Below are positions 37,110-51,014 of a stretch of 64,000 nucleotides of DNA, one piece after another. The notes under the pieces were generated by a model that saw only the letters and a list, made by a program, of their open reading frames with translations, was not told the origin of the DNA and ran no database searches. Where the stretch lies: contig OZ076409.1 of NCBI GenBank assembly GCA_964187785.1, positions 37,698,001-37,762,000 on the forward strand. The letters run 5' to 3'. Position 1 is the first letter of the stretch, and every line of letters begins with the position of its first letter. The DNA comes from Amphiscolops sp. MND2022 (lineage: Eukaryota). A program made the position numbers and the translations under genes.

Positions 37110-38312
37110 AACAAGACGGGAAGGTCTAAAGTCGGCGCTATATCTACGGCTCAAAAAGCGCAGTTTTTAGAATACATACTATTTTCAAAATACTGAAAAT
37201 CAGTGAATTACATGTCCAATAGTATGTCAGTGGATTTCGGTAACTTAATAGAACAAAAGTGTGCTAACCCACTTTTGGCACTGTAATGTATGCGTAGGAC
37301 GTTTTCATGAATAGTTTGGATATAACGTCAAAAGTTCGGATATAGCGCTTCAATTCGGATATTACGAAGGGAAACTTCAATAAAATCGAAAGGGGGACCC
37401 TTTGGAGACAGAAAAAAATCGAAAAAAAATCTAATAGCGCCGAAAAAAATTGAAAGGGGGACCCTTTGCACTAAGTTTCTGATGGCCGGACTTGGCCTTA
37501 CCCAGTGTAAAATATCTTGAAACTCTTGCCAAGATCTTGGATTTTCCCGCAAATTCCCGTTACCTCTTGAAACCCTTGATAAGATCTTGTTTGTTCTTGC
37601 TTGACACAAAACTCTTGAAGTTCTTGATAGGAATCTTGGTAAGAGTCTTATCAAGAGTGTCAAGAAAATAAATAAACTTGTAAAACAAACAACAATTTTG
37701 TTTACAAGTTTTTGCTGTTGTTCGCACTACCAGCTACACCATCATTCTGTGAAGTTTTGGATATAAGACAACACAAAGTATTGAAATTCAGAACATGATA
37801 GTTTGGCTGGTAGCGCGAACAGCCGTGGTAGAATAGGTACGCTGATCAAGCCGAAGTTGGCGTGGGTTTTTGTTTGTTTTCATTCACTTTTGTTAGCTTT
37901 TCTCTTGAAATTCTTGGCAAGATTCTTGACATTTCTTGCATTTTCCCGGATTTCTTGGAAAGATTCTTGGCGTTTCTTGGATTTTCTTGGATTTCTTGAC
38001 AAGATTCTTGGTTTTTCCTGGAAGGTTTTTTGTACTAAAAACACTTTTTCTACGTTTTTTCAGTCGAAAAAATTAGGCATTTTTCTTGAAGTTCTTGGCA
38101 AGATCTTGCAAGATCGTACATATTCTTGGCGCTCTTGGTAAGAATCTTGTCAAGATTCTTGTCAAGAGTTTCAAGATATTTTACACTGGGTAGTAGTCTT
38201 GATAGTTTCTGTAAAAGTCGACCGATCAGTGTGATCTCTGTGGTCTGGAGAAAAAAAGGTCACTGTAAGAGTCGGGCATTTTTCCTTCGAAGGAAAATGG
38301 GCCGACTAAAAA
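37110..38312 (-). mobile_element. HINE-like element (related subfamily) interrupted by a MITE
   Basis: AACAAGACGGGAAGGTCTAAAGTCGGCGC at the left end and GCCGACTAAAAA at the right. Sequence across the MITE matches 45061-45130. Confidence 0.75.
37501..38190. mobile_element. MITE with 28-bp terminal inverted repeats and TA target duplication
   Basis: CCCAGTGTAAAATATCTTGAAACTCTTG ... CAAGAGTTTCAAGATATTTTACACTGGG flanked by TA on both sides; many internal TCTTGNCAAGA motifs. Confidence 0.9.
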
Positions 38313-41199
38313 ACACAAGAACCGTGAAGTTGGAGAAATGAAAAAATTAACATGAAGTCATTTAGTACGGCAGAAAAATCTGCAATCAATAAAAAAGAGC
38401 TCGATAAAAATGAAAACTCAAATCTTTTTGCTGCAATTTTTTTGCACTTTTGTAACTACACAGAAAAACACGGGTTCAATAATAGAGGAATTTGTCACCT
38501 TCTGTAAGTTTAATTCTACCACAATCTAATTGCACAATGTTTTCAAGTTCTTTCGTACTATTGCATGCATGAAACCTTACCACTTCTTACATTCCTCACG
38601 AATCCATATGATTTGCCATTCCAGGTACCCAGACTGACAAAATCTGACCTCTGGTCTGCAAGGATTCCCAAGGATTGGTAAGGCTATTCAAGTACTGGAC
38701 CAGTCCTTGCAAGTGCCACTTTTATCCTGACAAGTATCTAGATCAGGACCTCGGGAACAATGAGTTTTTCTAGTCTTCAAGACTTGAAGTTGGCTGTCCA
38801 AACAAAATACCCCCCGATCAGGTGCACAAAATAGCACGATAACTAATTAAACAAATTATATTTGACACAGTTTTAAAACCAATGAATTTATGAGTGTTTC
38901 CGAGATACCTCAAAATCCAGATCAGGACCTCGGAGAAACTGAATATTTTAAGTCATGACTCATGACTGGCCGAAGTCGTCGACTGAAAAAGATTTAATTT
39001 CTGAAAAGTGTAATTTCTTGCATATACAACTTTCTTTGTTCACAGCAGAGAAGAGACGAAGCGTAGCAGTAACACCTCCAATTTCGACAATGAACGCCGT
39101 GTAACTGAACACAAAGCTATGATTAAGAAGAAGATCAAATTGTTGAAAGGTCTTAAAACTCTAGCAAATTTCTCACCGCAGTGCACATCATGCAATTTCA
39201 ACTTCTCTGGAATTGCTTACGCAACAGCCTGAAGCCTCGGTGTATGATCCCACAGTACTTGAAAACCGGAAGCAACTAACCGCAAAACGTCGTTTCAAAT
39301 CTCTGAAATAACCTGAAGTTATCAACTTCTTCAATTAGCTTTTCCAAGTTAAGTTGATTCTCTTCCGATCTTTTTCTGAAACATTCCGGCAGAGGGGTTG
39401 ATATAATAGCGAAATGTTTCAATCATTGAAATTTGGAATGCTTGAGTAGCGTAAGTTGAAGCAATCGATTTAACTGGTTGCTGGAATGATCTCAGTTGAG
39501 TGGTCAACTGATTTCAAAGTTTCAGTCAATAAAATTCCACCAATTGTTACCCACGCAGTGTAGAATGCTGAGACTAATATTTATTTTTAGCGCATTCTGT
39601 GGGGATAATTACCGGGCAGATCCAAAAGTCTGCCACTATAAACCCAAATTACCCCTGGAAGTTAACTTACTCTAAGATTGTGGAAAAACTTACTTTTTGC
39701 ATTTGCAAAATAATTGTCAGCTAAATTGTATTCTTCTCGATGTTGTTTGCATGGAATTAATGACAATATCGGCTGGATTATCGGATAAAAGCTCAGGAAA
39801 TTGCACTTTTTTGAAAAAAAAATAAGATGAAATGCACTATGAGGAGTCTAGGAGGCTAATCTAGTGTCGGGTAGTTTTTGAAAACACTTTTTTATGATAA
39901 TTAGTTTTGAAGCACTTTAGGAGGAAGTATTCAATTGAATTTTGCTCGGGATTAGAAGGAAGAAATTGTTGAAAAAATGTTATTCCGGAAAGTAAAGTTG
40001 TTCATCAACAGATTCTGAAAAAAAAACAGCATTTAAGTTCCCGGTAACATTGGCAATTTAGTTGGTTTTTGATTGCCACAACATCCCCTCCAACCCCTCC
40101 CCCACCACCTGCAATTTCGAAAACAATATTGAAGTTTCTAATGTTCTAGCAATTCGAATCATTGAAACTCGTTATTGTCCAAGATAAGAGAATCCATTAA
40201 TAGATAAAAGCTAAAATCTCCTTATGAAGCAATACATTAGTTACGACGGTACCTTTTGAGTCGCTTAAAACAGTTAATTTCATCAAATTCATGGTCATAA
40301 AAGTGTGAACTTTCATGTTCAACAATTTCTTAGTTCAATTGAAGCTATCTTCCGCTATTAGAAAAAGATTTCATATGGAATGTTGACAGTTAGAAATTAT
40401 TTGACAAATTTCTTGCAAAAATCTTCGATGGCGATAGGACAGAAAAGAGTTGACTATGCATGCCGCATTTTCTTTTGATGTTTTGAATCGGTGAGCATGA
40501 GTGAAATTTGGCCGTATATGCTTGCAAAACCGTCAGATGGGGAATTCAACGTTTAAAAGCATAAAATCTGACAAAAATATGAATCTGACAAATATCTGAC
40601 AAATAGAATTTTTTTCTATGTGATGTCACAATGAGACATCAACTGGTGGATGGTTTCATATCGTAAAATGTGATGAAAGTTCCATTCCTTTCTAGGCATA
40701 CATAGCTAGAACAAAAGGTGAAACAATGTTTTCATCTAACTTGAAAGATGGCAAGGTTTTATGGGTTTGATGAGACCTGAGAAAGCCGCCACATTTTAGC
40801 TTGATTAAAAAACCATTTCTGTCTGATTATAAAAAATGTATGATAAAACAGAATGTATAATTACTTTTTCGAATGTGTTTTAAAACAACCAATCTTTTTT
40901 AGTAACAAATTGGGTTTTCACGGATAAAACTTAGACTCTCTGGGGGATTTTTTCTGTTATACGGAGCAATGCCGATTTCGAATTATTCGGTTCGCAAACT
41001 GTCAATCAATCTGATTTCAAATGAACAATAATCATTCGAATTTGTGTTGATACAAATTTATATACATAAACACAACAAATATGCTAAATTAAACTGATAG
41101 AGAATCATTGGTACTTGTTTTGCAAGCGAAATCAGTTGATAATGATTTGAAGACTTTAGAAAAACATTACTTTTTTTATCAGACCTCTCAAAATAGAAC

Positions 41200-44100
41200 A
41201 TGGCGCAGTCAGCAATTCATTTTATCTAGTGACATTATTTTACAGAAACCAAGAAGATGACGGAAAAATTTCAAGTACCAAATTTCGAGGCTACCGCCGA
41301 AAGAAAGAAGATATACACACTGAAACAATGGCTCGAAAGAGTTCGGCAATATACGAAGAGAAAACGCAAAGTAGACATAGCAGAAGTGGTACGAGGGGCC
41401 GAACTGGCACGATCCGGCTGGCAAAAACAAATTGAAATAGAAAGAGACTTCATTTGGGGCATCGAAACGGACGCATTATACCACATGACACGGGCAGAAT
41501 ACAAAACCGAACCGGACAAAATAGCAATTAAAGACTTAATTCGGTTATTCAAAGAATACTTCTTAGCAAAAAGAAATGCATACCAAAACCGGGGTGAATT
41601 CCTCAGGTCAAAACAAACCGGAACAGAAACTCCGAAAAACTTCGGGCAAAGACTGAGAGAAATTGGAGAAGAATTTAGCTTCGAAAGCATAACAGCCGAA
41701 GAATTACTCATTTTGCAATTCATGGCAGCAATTACGGACAAAAAACGTCGAAACAAACTAATGAAAAAGAAAACGTTGAAAAGAAGAAAACTGTTGAAAT
41801 GATGAAACAGAACACTTACGAGAAGAAGAACAGCAAAAACACAATACCGGAATCATTGATATGTAGTCAAGAAAAAGAAATTTAAAAAGAACCGATTGAA
41901 AGAATGGACAAATTTGCGGCGACACTGAAGCAGAAACTCAACAACGAAAGACCGTGCAAGTTCTGCAATGGGCCGAACTGGAATACAACACACAAATACC
42001 CTGCACTAGACAAAACATGCAAGAACAGCGGAAAGAAGGGCCACTTCGCGAGAAATTGCAGATCAGAGAACGAAAACATAACGAGTAGAGAAGGAACCGA
42101 CGAATCAGAATCCAGAATATAGAGAATTGGGAGAATCCACAGAATAGTAGACAAAAAATAAATACCCGACAACGACAGTGAAATAAAGGAACGGGAAAAA
42201 TTTGTAAGAGATACCGAATCACAATACTCAATAATGCCGACGGGTAAAAACAACAATTAAAAAGACAGAATTACGAAAAAAAAATCAAACACCAGCACCA
42301 AAACGTAAACAAGAACGAAATTAAATCCCGGTAAAGATACCGGTAGACATGTAATACGAAAACAAGAAAAAAAATGCAAATACTCATTTCCGAAAGAACT
42401 GATATAACGCCACTGCCTGGAATCGACTGGCTAATCAAATTTAAGTTAAACGTTGGGAAAATCAGAGTGGACGAGAACAGCCAATCAGGAAAGAGACGAG
42501 TGATTTGTAAGTTCAGCAATAACACCACTAATAAAGATGCCGAAATTAACATACAGCTGAAACAGGGATGCTATCCGGTGACACAAAAACCAAGACCGAT
42601 ACCACTACATATCCAGGAAGCAATCGGTAAAGAATTAGAAAAACTAACAAAATCAGGACACCTGGTAAGAGTGAAACAAGTAGATGACGATTGTTTTGTT
42701 TCGTTACTAGTAGTAACCGTAAAGAGCAACAAACTGAAAAAACCTGCTCTGGATTCACGAAAACTGAAATATTGCTGCATCACAACTCGACCGTACATTC
42801 CGAAAGTGGACGAACTTTTAAATCGAATTTCAGCTGACATATCAATTGACCGAACAAAAAAATCATGATATCCAAAATAGATTTAGACTACGCATACGGC
42901 CAAATGAAATTATCAGAAGAAACAAGCCGACAATGCTTATTTGCCAAAACTGGAGCAAAATTTATTGGATATTACCGATTCGAATTAATTTCTCGGATTA
43001 CCCGACATCCCCACAAAATACCGGGAAAAAATTGACCAAACATGAGAATACTGTACACTGGCATGGCAGGTGAGAAAATATTACAATTATTTTAATTCTA
43101 AATGGAATTGCTGGACACTAAATTGACGAAAACGGTATAAAACCGAAGAATGAAAAAGCGGAAGCAAATTTAGATTTGAAACAACTTAGCAAAATTCCAA
43201 CGAGACTATTGTACGGGCCGACAGACTACGAAAATTATTGAAGGAAAATTATTGAAGGAGCTGTGTTTGGAACACTATGCAATGACAAAGATAACATAGT
43301 AACTACTGACGCAAGCAATCCCGGTCCCGAAATAACATTGTGGCAAAAACAATCGGACGGTGAAACTAAACTGATAGCAATCTGATGCAGACTTTCAGAT
43401 GACCCTGAGAAAAAGCACTCAATTGGAAAACTAGAATTGTTAGCAGTTTTCTGGGGGTAGAGAAATTCCGATTCTACATATACGTAAAAAAGATATCTTT
43501 AAATTCTGACCATCAAGCATTAGAACTGCTAGTTAAACGAAATAGATGCAACAAACAATTCAGCGCCAGAAGAACCAGATGGCTTGACCAACTGGCACAT
43601 TTTGATATTGCTATACAGCAGATAATTGGAAGCAATCTGATATTTGCCGATTTTCTCAGTAGAAATCCAGAGAGGGTGCCGCGACCAAAAACGTATATGG
43701 TGAACAAAACGTGATAAACGTTTCCAAAAAACAAGTCGAATTAAATTTGAAATACGGAAGCATCTTCGCAAGCGAATCACAAAACAAACCAGAACAGAGA
43801 AAACCAAATATTAGTAGCGTTTGATAGATTTAGCAAATGGCCGACCGTCAAAATTAGTAAAAACATCAAAAACAAAAAAGTCATAAAATACCTAACGCAA
43901 AGGTTTATTCTAGATGGAATATGGGAAAAGATCAAATCGAATAAAGGTGAAGCTTTCATTCTCAAAGACTACACCGAAATTTGCTTATCGAAAAACATTC
44001 AAATCCAATACTGCACACCGAGAATACATACAAGTAAGGGGGCAATCGATCGAATTGCAGCCAATTTGAAAGATAATTTTTTCTCGACAAATGTGTTAAT

Positions 44101-44570
44101 AGAGCGTTAAAAGTTAAAGTTTACAACACACACGGGATTAAAAGTAACACCGTTTGAGATTCATTAGGGCAGGAAACCGAATACAGAATTAACCAATCTT
44201 ATCAAAGACGGTAAAATGCATCACTCTGATTGGTTCAAATTATCTGTTTCAGCAGAAAAGAACCCGAAGATCCCGATATACATTACCTGAGACGAAGAGA
44301 TGACGTATCTAATGTTTTGGTAATGGCCAAAACCAAAGTCGATGAAAAAGCAGCAGAAAAGACACGGAGACAGAAAGTTTCAGTTAGTGCTCTATAACAA
44401 GAAATCGCTTTAAGGGAGAATCCAAAAGATAAAACGACCCGCAGTAAACGGAACCGAACATTCTGTAACCACCGAAGACGGAAATTGAATCAGCGAAAAC
44501 ATATTTTGTGACCAACTGCATTTCAGAACGAAAAGATGAAAGAATGGGCCACGCCAATTGGTGACAAAAG
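41200..44570 (+). pseudogene. Degenerate gag-pol of the 40955-46385 element
   Basis: Zinc-knuckle remnant TCKNSGKKGHFARNC; QKPRPIPLH, ALDSRKL and SKIDLDYAYGQ (RT); TTDAS and DHQAL (RNase H); LVAFDRFSKWP (integrase). Heavily interrupted. Confidence 0.85.
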
Positions 44571-44577
44571 AATATAA

Positions 44578-45207
44578 AACAAGACGGGAACGTCTAAAGT
44601 CGGCGCTATATCTAAGGCTCAAAAAGCTCAGTTTTCTAAATTTGCCCAGGATGTGTTCATGAAAAGCTTTGAAAACGCTTTCGAGACACCCAAAGTGTGC
44701 CTTTCATGCTCGATATGACTGGAAAATTACTTTTCTCGACTGGAAACAAAAAAAAAGTTTGAAAATTTTTTTGAAAATTTTTTTGAAATTTTTTTTTGAA
44801 AAAAACTTCGAAAACGTCGCATAGTGCCGAAAAATGAAAAGGGGGGACCCTTTGGGATTCATTAACATACTTTCTGTTGCAAAATATCAAAAAATCCGAA
44901 GGGGGCACTCTTTTGAAATATTAAAAATTTGCGAAAAAAAATTCGCACAGTGCCAAAAAAATTGAAAGGGGGGACCCTTTGGAGTCTTCCGGTTTTGTAG
45001 GTTACGTAAAAAAGGTAAAAAACGAAAGGGGGGACCCTTTGCAGTAAGTTTGCATTGGTGGAACTTGGCCTGAGTGAACTTATCAGTTTCTGTAAAAAGT
45101 GGTACATACGCGATGAGCTCTGTGGTCTGACGAAAAAAAAAGAAAAAAAAGCTAGCCACTGTAATAGTCGGGCTTTTTTCCTTAAAGGAAAATGCGCCGA
45201 CTAAAAA
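44578..45207 (-). mobile_element. HINE-like element inserted in the Gypsy element (inverted copy of 34696-35327)
   Basis: AACAAGACGGGAACGTCTAAAGTCGGCGC ... GCGCCGACTAAAAA; colinear with the reverse complement of 34696-35327; inserted in an A/T run. Confidence 0.85.
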
Positions 45208-47066
45208 GACACTGCTTACGCGGCGTAGACCGAAAGTGGAATGATGTCCTGAGAAATATCCTGAATGGAATGCTGGAAATAATCCAAAACCGAACGCGAA
45301 AAAAGATACCGAATCCGAAAGAGAGGAAAGAGAGATGGGAGTCTTAGACGAGAGCGATTTCGAAATGGACAACCCTGATACGTCCGAAAGAGACGGATAC
45401 AAATCGATAGCAACCAAACCCGAAAATGGCTGAAACTCCATGCCGACGGCAAAATAGATACCAGTGAGAATAGAAACCAAAAATTAACAATCAAAAGTAC
45501 TTCCAAAAGAAGGTCAAGTTGGGAAAGTAGACAATCAAATAGATACGAAGGAAAACCATACACAAAAATTTTTTGGATATAAAAAAATGGTTTCCGAAAA
45601 ATCTGTTTCAGGATTCATCGGCAGACATGGAAACATACCGAAACCAGCGGATTTCGAGAAATGACCAACCCCGATGCCATGCGTATCAAAAATGTAGAAG
45701 AGAGCGTCCCCAACAGATGGGAATGTTATACGTTGTAGTACCGATTCCGAATTATTCGATTCACAAACTGTCAATCAATCTGATTTCAAATGAACAATAA
45801 TCATTCGAATTTGTGTTGATACAAATTTATATACATAAACACAATAAATATGCTAAATTAAACTGATAGAGAATCATTGGTACTTGTTTTGCAAGCGAAA
45901 TCAATTGATAATGATTTGAAGACTTTAGAAAAACATTACTTTTTTATCAGACCTCTCAAAATAGAACATGGCGCAGTCAGCAATTCTTTTTTATCTAGTG
46001 ACATTATTTTACCGAAACCAAGAAGATGACGGAAAAAATTCAAGTACCAAATTTCCAGGCTACCGCCGAAAGAAAGAAGATATACACACTGAAACAATGG
46101 CTCGAAAGATTTCGGCATAATACGAAGAGAAAACACAAAATAGACATAGCAGAAGTGATACGAGGGGCCGAAATGACACAAACCGGCTGGCAAAACAAAC
46201 TGAAATACAAGAAGACTTCATTTGGGGCATCGAACCGGAAGCATTATACCATTATGAATTATAAGTATGCTAGATTAGTTTCAGAGAGATTCATTGTTAC
46301 ATATTTTGCAACAGAAGTCAGTTGATAAATGATTGATAATATCAGAAATGCATTACCTATCTATCAGACCTCTCAAAATAGAACATTTTCAACAACTGTA
46401 AAATTTTACAATCACACAAGTGCAAGAATAGCGCAGAAAGTTCAAAACAAATTTTTTGTTCCAGTGATTTCTTTTTTCCTTCAATGCTATACCTACTGAA
46501 AATTTTGTCTCAACATTTTGGCCTGTGAAAAAGCATTGACCAAATATTTGATTTCAGTAAAGTGTTTACTCGATATATTACGGTTTTTTTGTATAAAGGA
46601 AACAAGCTTTGAGGATCATCGATGTTTTTCGTGTTATGGATTACAATATGTAGAAAGAAATGATAGAAAAAGAGCATTTGAAGAAAGAGCAAAAAAAGCA
46701 TTGGCCGAAAATTAGATTTGAGAAAGTATAGACTGGATATATTACGATGTTTTTGAACAAAGAAAACTAGCTTTGAATATCATCAATGTTTTTTGTGTCA
46801 TAGATTTCAATATGTAGAAAGAAATGGCAGTTCATGTACTGGGGGTTTTCAAACGTAATGAACAGCCGCCTATAGGAGCAAACTGAGCAAACAAAGTTCT
46901 AAATGTGATGAATACAACCTTGAAACTTTTCAAAAGCTATCGAGTCAAATGAAGATATATCAAATGATCTTTTCTGGCTGTTCCCAACTGCTTAAAAGAT
47001 TGTAACAGAGAATTTGTGTTACTGCGTGTTGGCTTCCCAGGCTGTCCGTCTTGAATTGTTCATGGA

Positions 47067-47886
47067 CAGGGCTGTCAATAGCATTGCTGTATACAGCGCG
47101 GTAAACCGCAAGCTGCTGTTTGCTGTGTAAACAAAAACTTGCTGTAAAACAGCTCATTCTCATTTTATTGTTTACATTCGCATTTTACTATTTAACATTG
47201 AAAAGTTTCTTGCATTTTGTGTCTTTTACAGGCAATTCGTTTTTATATCTGCTTATTTAAAATACTTTACAACTCAAAATGACTTCAAAAAATGTCGCAC
47301 TTGCTCAGTTCGGATCAAATTTAAAGACTTGCATACCCATGGAACATCATTACGAACACATATGCTTAAACAACACCCTGAATTGTTCGAAACAGACAGT
47401 AAACAGTCAAAACTACCAAAAATTTCTGACGTTTACACAGAAAACAAACATGATTTACCCGCCTTTAATGCCAAACAACTATCTCGTCCATCAAACGCTT
47501 GCAAAATTAATCAAGAAATTTCCGGTTTCTGAAGCTAGCGTTAAACGAGCTTCTTCACGTCATAAGCTAGTTCACAGCCGATTACGGGCAAGTTTGGGCG
47601 TTGAAAAATTAGACGAGACACTTTTCATACGGTACAACTTTGAAGTTATTCTGAAAGTGTCGCAAAAGGACAAAAAACCCATTGAACTCGAAAAAGTAAT
47701 TGAAAATTGGAGTAGTGTTTATATTGATGATTTGGTAGAAATTGATGATGAAAGTTAAAATTTTCAAAGTGATTCAGTTTTTAACAATGTTTTATAATTG
47801 CTGTATACCGCGCGGTATACAGCGTTTTGAAAGCTGTATTTGTTTTACCGCAAATTGTGCTGTATACAGAATTTTGTACAGCCCTG
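47067..47886 (+). mobile_element. Internally deleted hAT DNA transposon
   Basis: TIR CAGGGCTGT/ACAGCCCTG; 8-bp TSD TTCATGGA (47059-47066 and 47887-47894); subterminal GCTGTATAC repeats. Confidence 0.93.
47279..47758 (+). pseudogene. hAT transposase remnant (end of BED finger plus C-terminal dimerisation domain)
   Basis: GTSLRTHMLKQHP in one frame and FPVSEASVKRASSRHKLVHSRLRASLGVEKLDETLFIRYN in another. The catalytic core is missing. Confidence 0.85.
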
Positions 47887-50800
47887 TTCATGGATGATCA
47901 GTTATCATCAGGAAGAATTGTACAGAAAACCTGAAGATCATGAATGATCTTGGCTATTCGGACCAGCTCTCGAGTCATCCATGATTACTCTTCATAGTAA
48001 AAAATTCGAAGACCGTTGATTCCAAAGTTACAGAAAACCCGACCTGGCAAACAAACGCAATCCACTAGGGGTCACCGATGATCCATGGAATTTCCTCCGG
48101 TGGACCGATAACGTGACATCTGCAGCTTTCGAAACAGATAGAAATTTTGCAATACAAAACAAAAAATTTCATACAAAGGCATGTTTCATAAAAAAGTTTC
48201 ATGCAAAACCCGTTATTCTGAACTGTAGTCTGGTAGTTGACATGCCAGGATTTCACCATCTTTGCTCACATATTCAACATTTCATTCTTTCCCATCGCTG
48301 GTGCATCAATAGAAATAGTGCCTGACGATCCAAAATTGTCTCCACCGGTAGTTAAAGATGTTCAACACGGGTAATTTAAACAGACATAAAATACTTTAAG
48401 CACTCAACTAATTCGTGGTCGAAAAGTTCAGCATGTCTGAAAACAAGAAAGTGGAAAGAAAGTCAGTTGTTGCAAACAGAAGTCGTTTGAGATTCGGAAT
48501 TAGAAATCAGTTTAAAACCAGAAAGACAGTAGAAAAAGTCAGGTTTACTGGTATGCTGACCGGTAAACAAAGTAGGAGCGTCGGAAAATTACATCGAGGA
48601 CATTATATCATCATAAACTAGCACCGAGATCATTTTTCGCGCTCGAGAAACTTCCTGATTATGAAATTTTCAGCTTCGATACTATAGTGCAGCAGTGACG
48701 TCAATATATTTCGATAAATAATATTTTCGTTTCAAAACGGCTAAAAAACCTGTTGGGAGGAATAGAATGATATTTGTTCAGAAGTACGATCAAACTTTAG
48801 GAAACAGCGCAGACGGTGCGCTATCATATTCTTGTTTGTTTTTAAACAACAGTATCAAATCAGAAGAAAATTTCTGGAGCTATGTTACTAAAGTGTCCGT
48901 TATGATAACCCCATCTTAGAGAGGTAAAAATGTCAAAAACAGAGTTAAAGTAAAAATAACTTACATGAGAAAGGTTCTCCGCACTTTAGGTAGTTCACCC
49001 ATTCTTGCACTTCTTGTTTGAGGTTGTCGGGCAACATTTGGAAAGTCCTTTCAGAGGAAATTGATCGTGTGACGAGATTGTAGCAGAGTAAGCACAAATT
49101 TATTTTTCAAAGTAAAATATTTATTTTTTTACAACCAAACAAACCGAATAATTCGAATAAAAGTATCAGCACTGTGTGTGATTGAAAAATGTGACCGAAA
49201 TATAATCGAGCCAATAGGATTTGGAGAAGTGCTGCTGTATAAAAATCAGCAGAAATTGTAGTGGCGAAGACAGTCAGGAGAAATGTTGAGGAATAGTAAG
49301 AAACGTCCAATTGGTGTGTTATTTAATTTTACTTTTCCGCTCATTAGAGGTAATTGAAGAAGGTATCATAAGTCATTGTTTCTTTTGGCAATCCAAAGCC
49401 GTGCTAATAACCTCAAGAAGATTGTAAACAACAAGAGGATATGAAACTAATTTGCTTTTCGATTCGAACCCGACGGTGCGAACCCAATTGTAATTTACCT
49501 GAAATACCAGAATGGCAGCTAAATTATGAATGAGAGGTAGAAACTGCGGCAACCAAAGGGCTAAAATGAACCGATTGTTTGACTTTTGACTGATTTAATT
49601 TATCCTGGTTATTAACATCATCCTAGAGGTTCTACTAGCACCGGGAACAAAGTTCTAAACTGACTGAATCGGCTCTCCGTAAGTCTGCCAGAATTTGTAT
49701 CTCCAGAAAAAGATACGCTGTCTGGAGTATTTCCTACGTTTCCCATTGCTTCGAATGAATATCAAATTAAATGAACATTTGACCCCAAAACTTTTTGTAT
49801 ATGTAAGTCCCACCTCTTGTTTGAATGTCTATTATTTTTCAGTTTCGATCATTTCATGTTTTTCAACAGCGTTTAGAATTTCATTTCCCAGTGAATAATA
49901 GTTCATCGTTCGTTTTCGAGATTTGCGTGAATGGGTTTTTACTCATTTCTTTTAAGGAATCGAGTTTTTAAACTCGCTGTCTTTGCTCTCTTCTCCATAT
50001 TCACTCTAGGACTCTCTACGCGTTTTACCGGTAATTCAGTTGACTGTTTCACAGAGTAACTCGCCCCATCGCGGCGTAAACCCCTCAGTATCTTTGTGTC
50101 TCGTAGTTCATTAATGCTTGACGTTATAATACTATAGTAATTCGCCCTCTGTAGTTTATTTCACAACTGCATTATTGCCCGTTAAAACTGATTGAAACTT
50201 TTGAAAATTTTTGTAAATTACCAAGGTAATTTTTCATGCTTTTATTGAACTTTCACGGAAAGTTCCCTGCATTAAGTCACTGATTCAACTGAATTTTATC
50301 AGGCTGCCTGAAAGATGCATCTTAAAGTGTTGGGGGCAATTCGGAGCCACAAAGTTTCTTTAGTAGGCATCGCTACTTCTAAAGCAGCTTGGACTATTTG
50401 TACCACCACTTTTATTGCAAACCAACTTCAGTCACCTTTTTTTTACTTTAAAGTAGAGTATTCATATTCAGGGACAGTTCGACTAGCAGTGATTACCTAA
50501 ATAGTGTACCTGAGAAGCTGAATTCTGAAAACAAAGCTGAGTCGATCGAGACGGTGAGAAGTAGAAGTGTAGAAATATTTCCAGTTTTGGTTAAAATAAT
50601 GGACGCTGCATTGTAATCCTGGAAACTTATTCTAAACAAGCGGCCGGAATTATTCATGTTTTGCAACAAATTAGCCTTGTATGTATGAAAACATCATGAA
50701 AACTTCCAGCAGTTTGATCTAAGGTAATGTTGTATCCTGATAATCATGAGTTTGTTGTTATCCAATAAGTGATTCAATCTTTTAATTGACTCAGTTTTCA

Positions 50801-51014
50801 ATAAAATACAAATAAATTTAGCTGAACCGATCCTGGTTGTTAACATCTGATTAGAAGTTAAACTTCAGTTAAACTAGCTTCGAGAACAAACGTTGACACA
50901 AAACCTTCAGCTGAAATGATTTTTTAAAGAATTTAGAGTAGATCGTTTAGCAAAAAAATCAAAAATTACTCATGTGACTTGTATTCCATATCTTTTAATT
51001 TCCATGCATGGACT

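Larger units (their letters stand above)
40955..46385 (+). mobile_element. Decayed Gypsy LTR retrotransposon with three LTRs, flanked by a TTTTC target-site duplication
   Basis: LTR1 40955-41200 and LTR2 45724-45968 (TGTTATACG...ATAGAACA), each followed by PBS-like TGGCGCAGTCAGCA. A partial diverged LTR3 spans about 46255-46385. TTTTC occurs at 40950-40954 and 46386-46390. Confidence 0.85.

Noticed and set aside
39044..39232. Possible host exon after a TTCTTTGTTCACAG acceptor (REETKRSSN...AYATA*)
   Set aside because: No partner exons or recognisable homology; a 60-codon open frame can arise by chance.
48682..50137. TA-flanked CTATAGT...ACGTCAA inverted pair suggesting a 1.5-kb DNA transposon
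   Set aside because: Match is short, gapped and partly self-palindromic, with no transposase remnant inside.
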